Of a DNA stretch of 64,000 nt, positions 25,926 through 36,500 are shown in pieces. Both the position numbers and the translations under genes were made by a program. The stretch's first letter is position 1; every line of letters starts with the position of its first letter. The notes under the pieces were generated by a model. It saw only the letters and a program-made list of their open reading frames with translations. It was not told where the DNA came from and did not search any database. This DNA is from Paraphysomonas bandaiensis (Eukaryota > Protista > Chrysophyceae). Location of the stretch: assembly GCA_965644295.1 (NCBI GenBank), contig CBFFRP010000363.1, positions 248,001-312,000 of the forward strand, in the 5' to 3' direction.

Positions 25926-26053
25926 CTTTCTCATAGCACACACACACACACGCATCTGCTCATATGATTCCGCTCATATGATGCCCTCAGCCTCCACCTG
26001 CTCAAGTCCGTCATCTGCAGCAGTGTTTCCAGTCGTAGAGATATCAAGAAGAC

Positions 26054-28841
26054 ATGTATATATATCTCGTTCTAGTGCTGTTGTGTGTATATTGCAGTGC
26101 GGACTATGACGGAGACAGCTTTCATGGTTCACTTGAACACACAGTCGACAGCGCGCCGTGTGTTCGGTTATTTACGAACGATAAAGACATCGGATGCCGC
26201 ACCACTGACGACATATCAGTCGGAGCGCTCTATGAGATCCGCAGCAGTGATGATGTCTCTCACATTAAGAGCATTGATGTCGAGTTTGCTCTGGTAGTTC
26301 CCGGTCAGTACTTTGACGGGTCTCTTATCAGTCTTTTAGAGAAGCACAAACCGAAAGGAGTTATAGTGTATGATGAGAACTGGGTGCCTGGTTCTGACGG
26401 CAGGTATTCAATGGATGTTAACACTACTCAAGGGACGGGTACTGCACAAGCAGACTACACCTTCCATAAGAACTATGTATGGAATACTTATGGGAACGGC
26501 GGAATGTATAAATCTTTGAGGTATACGCGGTATATATGTTTTATATGTTTTGTGATTTGGTGGTATACAGTTATCCGGTAGTGCGAGCCTCAGACAACGA
26601 AGTCAGCTACCTTAAACAGTATGTACAGGAATCAGCAATATTTTACCTAATGCACATTTTCATCGCAGCATGTGTTCTGAGAATAGAAAATACGGAATGG
26701 ACGGGAATAGAGTTAATGTAGCAGAATTTAAGTATTATATGGGTAAGAAAAAAGTCACATCAGAGGAATGTTTGGCATGGAGAGATACTTATGGGCACCG
26801 GTACGATCCATGCGTTGAGCGTACGTATCATGTTTGTTAGTTGTTGGAGGAATGTGCACATATATGTGTCGACTTCATAGGAATATGAATTACTTAGAGA
26901 TTAATATATTGGCTCTCGCAGGTCACCACAGTGCTTACCTCTCGGTGGCCTTTCTGTGTGGGCTACAAAAGGTGTTCTGGTAAGCGAAGAGATGATAGAA
27001 TATATTGTGATATAAGTTAGAGTATACAATACCAATTTCTATTCTTTCCCGACACCATGCATGCTATTACCAGTGAATAAATGTATACTTATTACTTTAC
27101 GAGTAGGACGACAGAGATAAGGTTGTGGTGACTACAGGTATAGACAGCGTTTCATTTTTCCATGACCTCTCGTTTGGAGCCAATGATGCCGCCGCATCTA
27201 TTGCGACACTTTTGGCTGCTGCAGATGCCGTCGGCCAATATGTAGGGACTGCAAATCAAACCACTCTTCCTCTACAGCCTCTATTTTTTGCCGCAAATGC
27301 AGAAGAGTGGGGCTACGCTGGTTCTCGTAGATTTGCCAGAGATATTCAGCATGGGTTAGAATGCAACGCGAATGTTGCTGCCAATGCTTCGTCTTCCGGA
27401 TTACCTCTTTGTACTGACCCAATTTACCCCAATACTCTATTCGAACGAATATTATCGGATTCTGTGATTCAGCATGTCGTCGCTATCGACCAAGTCGGTG
27501 TGCTGAATGACGACACTCTTTACATTCACTCCCTTGGGGTGAATACTGACCTGTTTGAACTAATTATTAACTCAACAGAAGGGGTTGAAAATGTAAATAT
27601 TGCTCAATCTTCGGTTCCTCGCCGCATTCCACCAACACCAATGACAAGCTTTCTGCGAGAGAACAATAATTTGAACGGAAAGAGCGTTGTATTAGCAGGA
27701 TACGATGGTCAGTTTAGTGATCCATTGTATCACACTCGGTTTGATTCTGGAAATAAAACTGTATCCGTTGATGATACTGTAAGGTGTGTGTCGTGCATAT
27801 TATGAACTATTATATGGTGACAGGTATATATTGTGTTTCATTCTCCCAAAACCAGATCAGCTACTGCTCTTGCACGTTCCGTGATTGCTGTCAGCGGAGG
27901 GGACCCATCTCTTACACCAGAGGTTAATGCATCTTGGGTGGCTGATATTCTTCAGTGTCTCTTGGAGGACTGGAGTTGTCCCATCATGAGCAAATACGTT
28001 TCCTATGAAACTGCGAATCTGGGAGAGTATTTGGGTGGTACTGTACATTTGGACGCTGGCGAGAGTCCACCGTCGTATTATGTCGGCGTCCTGGAGGCGA
28101 GCACTGGAGGCCTGCCGGTGGTGCAACATGGTCATTACGTATATGGAAGGTAATTTTATACTGTGCAAAGTGCTATGCTCGATATGATATCACAATATTC
28201 TGTCTATAAGTTACCGTTGACATGTTTCAAGGTATACGGGGGAATGGGACGCGAAGCATGATCGAGTCTACGCTGTACCCAATTACCTGGAGGCATTTAT
28301 TCGCACATCACTATCACATCATCTCGGACTGGAGGGTAACACTACTACAGAATGCATGACATCGGCGGACTGTGGAAGCTGTTCGGTGCTGGAATACTCT
28401 GATGTTCAGATGGAATGTGTGCTGGCGCGGTGCCAGTGCCCAAGTGCTTTTTATCATCTCGCCCTTGACCCAGGCACGATAAGTGTAAAACATGTGCATC
28501 GTACAACTTATGATGGACATCACATTGAAATAATATATATTAGTTCTATGGTCTAATGTAGATATGATGTCAATAGGCGTTGAACCAGAAACCACTCCAA
28601 ATTATTTTGAAGTAGTGGATAACACATCAGTGGCGTATACTGAACCATACTGGTCTACCATAAGCACCACTGTCTATCCCACTGCAGGGCGTTCAATATC
28701 CGTCGTGTCACTGGTGGTTGGTATTACTGTGAGTATTCTAAGGTATGACCTCGCTTATATTCTAGCTGTTGTAACAATATTCATAGTATTGCTGGGGGTC
28801 TGTTTGTTAGAGAAAATATGGTTAAGTTGAAAGTTCTTTGA
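26054..28841 (+). CDS. NCSTN: nicastrin (gamma-secretase subunit), multi-exon
   Basis: Signal peptide, PCVRLF...IGC, CLPLGGLSVW, DSVSFFHDLSFGA, AEEWGYAGSRRF, IPPTPMTSFL, YTEPYW, C-terminal TM. Confidence 0.9.
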
Positions 28842-29379
28842 ATGATAGTGCTAAAACAGGTTTAGTTAGTTAGTGCTATTAATTGGTAATGCTCAGTATG
28901 GCTAGAATACTCCTCGTTCAGATATTTTTTGCGCTGTAATGATATATAGCAGACATTCAACAAAGGGATTCCTATTACTTTCTACAGTGTGAGTACGCAA
29001 GATCCTGTTAGTTATGATATGACAAAAGCTATGTCTCTATGATTATCAAGGTTTACTAGCTGTAAATATCATTTTTGCGTTATCGTACATTACTGACACC
29101 TACTTTTGCTCTCTTGGAATCTCCCCGCTATACTTTAGAAGTTAAGTAGGCGATTACAACAAACTCATGACTTGAAAGGTTAGTAAGTAAGTAGAAGCAT
29201 CTAATTCTTTGTTTAGTACTTATATTACTGGTGGTAATATATTCCTTTTTTTTGATGCATTAGAGAAATACTGGGAACAGGTAAAATACTGTAAAATATA
29301 TTGATTGGTGGACTGGTCAAATATTCCGTCAACAGTGTTTCTGTTAAAAGAGCTCACAATACACTATTGCAATCAATAT

Positions 29380-29953
29380 TATGACATATAAGAGAAGATT
29401 CTCAACTGTAGGGTGCAAAATGGATATAAATAACCGAGAAATTGATTACAACATTACAAAGGATAATGAAGCTGATGCTGACTATGCGACTCAAAAAATT
29501 AAGAAACGTACAGATCCACGAGTCATTAACGGTTGCCTGGCCCTGGTATGTACTTCCAATACATGGGAATGTCTGTTCAGCACAGCTAAACATATTATAT
29601 CAGTGTTGCGCAAAAGTATCCATCCTACTTAATATGCTGTTGTTTCTGGCTATTCGACAGTTATGGCCGCATACTAGCATATTTCAATTAATTCTTTGAA
29701 TGAATATGGTGATGTTGACCTCACCGATGATGGCTCAGAGGATGAGGTGGATTATTAGTAGCTATAAGCAGCAGTTGGTTTGGTTGTCATGTGATCTTAA
29801 TGACTAATACTGAAAATGAAATCTACGGATGTGTTTACCTACTGATTAGTCATACTAATATATTGTAATTGTATTGTAGGACCGGTTTAAAAAATCCATC
29901 AATACTATTGATGGAACGCTATCTAAAAATAGTATTGCAATATATTGTTCCCT
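29380..29953 (+). mobile_element. hAT transposase C-terminal relic and probable 3' terminus
   Basis: TSNTWECLFSTAKHIISVLRKSIHP then frameshift to LNMLLFL..RQLW, fitting the hAT dimerisation motif (TSxxxERxFS...R...LFL...W); repeated CAATA subterminal motifs and a TGTTCCCTA end. Confidence 0.6.
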
Positions 29954-30431
29954 ATCCCTGGCTAAGATCGTATGAAAACGATTGGTAGTTGAGATAACAT
30001 GAATTTGTGGAAAATGACAGTGAATGGTGAGTGCATATCAAGTACAGTTAATTAAGTTTTAAACCATCCAAACGCGTCGATGCATATATACATTATATTC
30101 ATCAAATAATAAAGCAATAAAAAGCACAACTGTTGCATTGGTATACTGACATACCAATTATTGTGCGTAAGTACAATACGTTAATAAACAGAAGAGAGTG
30201 CTGCCGGTGCGACTACTATAGCTGATATAAGTATGATCATTGCCTACACTCGAATGCGTATATTTCAGTTTGAGAGGTATTATATTTCGAATGATATATT
30301 CTTATATGCATACAGTCGAAAGAGAGGAATAGAGTTCGATTTAAAATCTTCACTAGAAACAGACAACAAGCGCGACGAAGAGAAAACAAAAATGACAAAA
30401 TAAGTAGAATGCATTCTTATATAGCACACAA

Positions 30432-31334
30432 CTATATGTCCACAATAACGTACAAATCACAACGATTAGGCTCTACGTGTATTTGCATATTGGAATAAGT
30501 AATGGCTTTAATTTCAGTCCCCTGAGGATTCTTTGACGGATCGTATATATCTCCCAGTCTAGCTATATATTAAAATACTGAATACAAGAGACTGTCACTT
30601 ACGCTTTGACTGACAGGGAGAAGTTTTCTTCATCAAACTCAGTAATTTCAACTCTCTTTACACAAAAGCTATACATTATACAAGAGGTAAGTTCCAGTAT
30701 ATCAAGGTAAAAATATTACCTGTCAGTGCAAAAGCGATACAGCAATTCGTCCATGTAATTGTAGAGTAGAGACTGTATATCATGACCTAACCGGAAGGCA
30801 TAAAGCTTTTCATATTAATTATCGTCAATTTACCTGTCTTCGTAAATGTTATTGTTCGTTCATCATTTATATCAACTGTGGCAAGATCGGTCATGTAATT
30901 AAACATGCATGTGGCCTATCAATCACACCGTCAGTCATTACAGCTACCACAGCATTGTGCATATACCATATGCTCAAAGGCCTCCTTCATATCGCTCCCC
31001 CCTGTACGATACATAACTATACACACAGGTCAACACAGCACTGTAGTTACATGAGTGGCACTGCACATCAGCCGTATGATCCAAATCTGCATATCAGTTA
31101 CACACATATCTGTCTATTGAGGTCACACATACACTCGTAGTTATCTCCATCACATCCGTCCTTTGAACTTAACGTAGCCTGTGCACGGTGAGCATTCGAC
31201 CGGGCAGACACTGCGTCCTCTATAGTGCGCTGATTAGCAGGAACTGCTCGAGCGCTGGACACTACTGCAGGCTCAGATCGGTCTATCTTTCTCTTCGTGC
31301 GTTTGGGTAATGGTTCCCATGACTGGTCTGTCAT
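30432..31334 (-). CDS. ZBTB8OS: archease (RtcB tRNA-ligase cofactor), multi-exon
   Basis: Spliced YEYLDHTADVQCHSWG...FNYMTDL...GHD...GTEIKAITYSNMQI...YVIVDI*. Confidence 0.93.
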
Positions 31335-31734
31335 TGTGCTGTGTATCTAACAGGGTGATGTGGAGATAGTTAGGAGCAGGTGGACTTCTCTCTGCCTCTT
31401 CTCTCTACGCCATTCTCCATACGCACATATACATACACATACATACACCGCACCAGAGCAGCAGCATGTACAGCAGTACAGTACTGGAGTACATACAGTT
31501 GTAAACTACAGATTATTCTCTCTTGTTCAAGTTTTCTTCTTATTTCTATAGAAAACAAGGAAATTTAGAGATTATGAAACCTAGAAAAATATAGTTTTGA
31601 TATGCCATGCCTAGAAGTATGCAGCTATTGTATAGTACACACAGGCGGACACCCTCTGCAGGCATGTACATTACAACTCCAGTCAGTCCCTCCATTGCAA
31701 TGAAGTGATTCACATGGATTAACACTCTACTCTG

Positions 31735-34700
31735 ATGTTCTCCCGTAAAAAACACAGCGATTATCGTGCAGTGGAGCCCTGCTCTCATCCTCTCATTGAA
31801 CGGGACGGTAAGCCCGTGTACTCTCTGTGGGGACACAGATACTGTCTCAACGACAGAGTCAAACGAAGAGCTGTGCTGACAGTGTGTGCGGTGATATTAA
31901 TCATCAGGCTGCTGTTAAGCTGTCATGAGAGAGGCTCTCATATGGGGTCAGTGGCGCCAATGGTCGATACTGCTGCAAGTCTATCGGACCCGGCACCAAG
32001 AGAGTTCTACTCGATATCTAGCAGACGCTCCAGACATTGTCGCAGTGCCTTTGGCCGAAACATTGACTCAACTTCTGATAATCTGTTGACAGTTATTGCA
32101 TATGCTGGGTCTATCAAGGCGAGTCACCCGGGATATCGCAATTTCATATCTTCCTTACGCACTTCTGGATACAAAGACATTGTCATCAAATCTCCTGCTT
32201 CTGACAGCGAGATACTAAGTCGTAAGGGTCGGGCTAATTTCACAGCTGAGGCATTATTTTGGGTGGAAAGACTCCGCGTCTTCCAGCAGACTGCGGCATC
32301 GTACCCTGCAGATCATGTGCTTATATTCTGTGATGCTTTTGATGTGTTATTCGGTCTTTCTCCTGAATTATTTTTGTCTCGATTTCGTTCCTTAAAAAGC
32401 GATATCGTGTTTTCATCGGAAATGCTCTGCGACACTATTAGCTGTCGCAATGACATGCACTTGACCGACTGGTTTCGTTCCCGCACCCATGCACTGAATC
32501 CATACAAGTATCTTAATGCTGGAATGTTTGCAGGCCGGGCAGGTTCCCTGACAGAATTTATATCATGTGCACTATCTTATGCATCAGCTGGTAGAGATGA
32601 TCAGACCTCCTTCTCTTTCTGCTTCCGCGATTTCTCATCCCCATCCTCTACCTCATCCATCCGCATAACTCTCGATTACTACTCGCTCTTATTCGGAAAT
32701 GTACCCCCCGTGGAGAGTCTATTTCTTAAAGCATGGGATATGGACCATGATAGACACATTCGAGTTACATCAGCCCACAGCAATGAATTTAACCTTACTA
32801 CTACCGTTCCCTTTCTATATCGTAAATATACGTTTACGATCCCAACGGTAGTGAGGAGGCATGCTAGCTGGATGATTGATGAAGACAATAAAAATGAAGC
32901 ACAGGCTTGGTTTGTTAGCCCCGTAGCTATACACTTCCCGGGAATGGCATATCGTCCTACTCAGTACAGTTTATTTAACCCCTGCCAACAATTTTTACGG
33001 TGGCAGTACATCCAAGTAGGTCAAGCGTCTTTTACCCACGGACAACTGCCAAATGCCTTTTATCCTTACTCCCTTATTTCACGAGCATCTGATTCACCTA
33101 GTCGTATAGTACGGGCCTCGATGCCTCACGGTCGAAGACTTGTGTTGTGTTATATTTATGACGTTCTACTTCGTGATCACTATACACTTTCCGATTTCTT
33201 AAGGGCAACTGTCGATCAAACTGAATACGTTCGGATTGACAAGGTGTATGTGTTGCTACTTTCTAGTGAAAATCGGGAAAATGTACAAAGCAGCTTGGCT
33301 CAAGATATTTCAACTTTTGAGAAGTATTTTGATTTGGAGGTAATTACTGTTTCGAACTCTGGGTACTCCACTACGTCTGGAGCAGTCTCGCGCGTACTTC
33401 CAGTTGAAACAGATGCCGAAACTGTAATTATTGTATATCGCGAGAATGGCATAGCTATCCCACAAAACTTTATAGATACACTATACATGACCTTTATGCG
33501 GTCTCCCGGATATGTGTATGGATTTGGAGGATGGAATATAGAGAATAGTAACAATCAGAATGGGAGAGCAGTTGTTATCCGTTCAGCTGGCAAGTGGTCG
33601 ACTGAATATGTTAGTGTGGATGTTCTGGACTATTCGCGAGGCCTCATATTTCAACGAGGAATGGTAGAAGGGGCTGATGATCTGTGGACCAGCAATAACG
33701 AATTTAGTGATGAGTGTTTAGATCGCGGTACACATGCTGATGAAGATGTTCGCTTGTCTGCTCACCTATCAAAGATTGGCGTGCCCCGAGTCCAACTACC
33801 AATGGATGGCAGCCGTCTATTGCCGAAACGGATAGATACCTTAGTAGAAAACGTGAATGTGGCACTCTCACCCTCGATATGCTTTGTGATGCCGTTGCTT
33901 TCAGTGTTTGAGCTGAGCTTAGTACATACAGGGAATGAACAAGACGTCATGTCAAAGAATGGTGGCCGCAGTGGTGAATCTAGTGATTCATATAGTGCCA
34001 ATGCTGAAGCTCCACCTGGTAGCTGTGACATACGAACGTTTGATGCCATTCCTATCGTCGATAATCTTCCTGGATTTTCATGGCAGAGCAATTGGGATCC
34101 TGATAGTTTTACATCTCCCTGTACTGCACACCTCTTGACTCGTATTGCACCAAGCGCAATGACGCTTGGTACTGGGCAATATATGGCCCAGAATCAAACG
34201 CTAAGGTCTCCTGGTGGGTTATATTTCTTGAAGCTTAACAGTGGAGCTCGGTTGTGTCTGTACAACGCTACTCTGTTTCGTCCAGTGGTGTGTCTGGAGC
34301 CTCCTCTAGGGCGACTGGTGCATGGATCGGATACCCATTATGCTGCCCTTCACAATGGTGAGCTCTGTGTATACGCTGGCCAATCTCCTTTATTCGGTAG
34401 CACAAAAACCGATAGTGGACATAGAGAAGTGGAGTGGTGTACTTCTGAAGACTACCCCTCAACGCTCAGTCGGCAAAATCCACACTTCAGTGTAGCTGCG
34501 CAAGGCTGGAAAAAGGTTCCCAAAAGTGGGAAGAAATCACGTATGGATACGATTAAACAGAGGGTTCGAGAAAAGGTTGAGAAAGCAATGTCTAAACACC
34601 TCTCTGATGAAGTATCCGCCTGTCAACAGCGGCGGTCCATTGATAGTCAAAATTGGAATAGCGTTTATCTTCACGTCTCTGATAGTGGAATATTTGGATT

Positions 34701-34794
34701 ATATTATACAGTATCGTCAACGATTTCTCCTAGTGATCTCGTGAAGCCTATAGAGAGAGTTAATGCATTACGAATGGGTAAATGTTTTAACTAG
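31735..34794 (+). CDS. type II membrane multidomain glycosyltransferase (PLOD-type GT domain, second degenerate GT-like region, B-lectin-like region)
   Basis: 1019-aa ORF; TM anchor; FCDAFDVL, IVFSSE..C, YLNAGMFAG, DDQ, ITLDY, IHFPG; later ADEDVRLSAHL and LRSPGGLYFLKL...LCLY. Confidence 0.75.
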   Translation: MFSRKKHSDYRAVEPCSHPLIERDGKPVYSLWGHRYCLNDRVKRRAVLTVCAVILIIRLLLSCHERGSHMGSVAPMVDTAASLSDPAPREFYSISSRRSRHCRSAFGRNIDSTSDNLLTVIAYAGSIKASHPGYRNFISSLRTSGYKDIVIKSPASDSEILSRKGRANFTAEALFWVERLRVFQQTAASYPADHVLIFCDAFDVLFGLSPELFLSRFRSLKSDIVFSSEMLCDTISCRNDMHLTDWFRSRTHALNPYKYLNAGMFAGRAGSLTEFISCALSYASAGRDDQTSFSFCFRDFSSPSSTSSIRITLDYYSLLFGNVPPVESLFLKAWDMDHDRHIRVTSAHSNEFNLTTTVPFLYRKYTFTIPTVVRRHASWMIDEDNKNEAQAWFVSPVAIHFPGMAYRPTQYSLFNPCQQFLRWQYIQVGQASFTHGQLPNAFYPYSLISRASDSPSRIVRASMPHGRRLVLCYIYDVLLRDHYTLSDFLRATVDQTEYVRIDKVYVLLLSSENRENVQSSLAQDISTFEKYFDLEVITVSNSGYSTTSGAVSRVLPVETDAETVIIVYRENGIAIPQNFIDTLYMTFMRSPGYVYGFGGWNIENSNNQNGRAVVIRSAGKWSTEYVSVDVLDYSRGLIFQRGMVEGADDLWTSNNEFSDECLDRGTHADEDVRLSAHLSKIGVPRVQLPMDGSRLLPKRIDTLVENVNVALSPSICFVMPLLSVFELSLVHTGNEQDVMSKNGGRSGESSDSYSANAEAPPGSCDIRTFDAIPIVDNLPGFSWQSNWDPDSFTSPCTAHLLTRIAPSAMTLGTGQYMAQNQTLRSPGGLYFLKLNSGARLCLYNATLFRPVVCLEPPLGRLVHGSDTHYAALHNGELCVYAGQSPLFGSTKTDSGHREVEWCTSEDYPSTLSRQNPHFSVAAQGWKKVPKSGKKSRMDTIKQRVREKVEKAMSKHLSDEVSACQQRRSIDSQNWNSVYLHVSDSGIFGLYYTVSSTISPSDLVKPIERVNALRMGKCFN

Positions 34795-34982
34795 TGTGTA
34801 AATCGCGTATAGATAGGTCGTTGTGTGCTCTATACATTCTCCATTCCTGTTGTGTCGTGCTATTTCTATGTGATATAATATATAATGTATAATAAGATGG
34901 ATGTGCTGTCCGGATTTAAAAGTATATGTTCATACCAATTTTAAATATACTTATTTCCATGAATGTCCTTATTACAAAGGTA

Positions 34983-35500
34983 TATTGAAAGTCTTATTAT
35001 TAGCAAGAGGCGTTAAAAAAACCTGCACCGACTTAGTAGCTAGATGAATACTAGACAAACTAGTTAGACCTCTACCTGTAATTAATCAGTACACACTTTT
35101 TTTATCCTACTATTTAGCGCTACGGAAGCTGCTTGTGCGTCGCCGCAAGCACCAAGGTGCAACCACTTCCGCTCTGAGTTCTTAAGGTGAACATCCCGGA
35201 TGCTTGACTTCAGCAGGCAGCCCAATACCCTTGTTACCCTTCAGGTGGGTCCTGTCCCGGATGCCCTTGAGGTGGGCCCATTCCCGATGCCTGTTTATTC
35301 GTCAAGGCCGAAAGACGTCTACACAAGTGACACTTATTGGTGTCCCTTGTACCACACAAGCATTCAGCTATGAGTGGACAGAAAAATATCTGCTGACTAT
35401 GTTTGCGGCTCACGTTACTTTCCCAGAGAGCAGAGAGAATCTCTCCCGTACTTATCCCCCAGAACACCACGAAAAGGTGCGAATCCGACTTTGTTGAGGG
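34983..35500 (-). mobile_element. full-length SINE-like retroposon (copy B), 518 bp
   Basis: Perfect 13-bp TSD TATTACAAAGGTA at 34970-34982 and 35501-35513; colinear with copies A and C; tail shared with the LINE copies at 333 and 40550. Confidence 0.92.
35406..35500 (-). ncRNA. candidate HDV-like ribozyme; the putative catalytic C position is G
   Basis: CCCUCAAC-AAAGU-CGGAUUCGC-ACC-UUUUCGU-GGU-GUUCUGG-GG-GAUAAGUA-[P4]-GAAA-GUAAC-GUGAGCCG; begins exactly at the TSD-defined 5' end. Confidence 0.55.
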
Positions 35501-36500
35501 TATTACAAAGGTAATACTTTAATATACTGCAATTCTATACTGCTAGACTTTGATACAAATTGAATGATATAGTAAGTAATTACTAATTCTACTAAACACT
35601 GTAACTTGATTTAGCAGTGTTGTGTCTTGGTTAAATTACTAAGTTCTTTCGTCCCTAGTATTCTAATGATGTTAATAACTAACCAGTAACTGATAATAGT
35701 TAACTACAGATCGTTGGCATCCAGAAGAGATGTCCGCTCAGAGAGAAGGCGTCTTGATAAAGCTACAATTGTTGTAGCTACACGTTTAGTAACAACCTTG
35801 AACAAGAGACTCTTCACAATTACTTGCGATAAATACTCTCGATATTTGATACCTCAGCGGGAGTATGGCTTGACTCTCGTTGTCTAGTAAAGTCTAGTCA
35901 CCATTGCGCCCCGTCATTACCATACACTCATAGACTGCATTGTGTCAAGTGAGTCGAATATATATGCTATTGAACGCCTCAGTGATCTAGATGCACTACT
36001 CAAATCGCGCTGCTCATACACACCTCCGCCGCTCATATTTGGATATTCTCTGAGTCCTTCATGCTATGATCTCATGTGATCATGTAGCCACACAGCACCA
36101 CTGCTGCCCCTACATGCCCACAACAACAGGTCAGGAGAGGTCGCACCAATCAGCTCACTACAATGGTGTCGCGATGAATAATGTCCAATCATTTCAGAAT
36201 AATTTGTGAGAAAGCTACCAGCAGTTGGATTATATTCCAGAAATTTCGGACAGATGAAAACTGAAATCTACTGTTTTTTTCTATTTGATAAGTAAAAAAA
36301 TGGCAGTATTGAGTTATAATTGTAAGAATATGTGTACACTGAGAAACACTCCATACATATGTGTGTATGTATCTGCATGTAGAGCAGAACACTGAAGCGG
36401 ATCACATACATGAGCAACTATCCAGCCATATCTAACACCAGCAGAACAAGACCCACTAAGCACACCGCACGACAGTCACCTGCTAATCACAGCACTACAT

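Noticed and set aside
35123-35171. 3' structure as a hammerhead or twister ribozyme
   Set aside because: No CUGANGA/GAAA core and no convincing twister pseudoknots; treated as an RT-recognition element.
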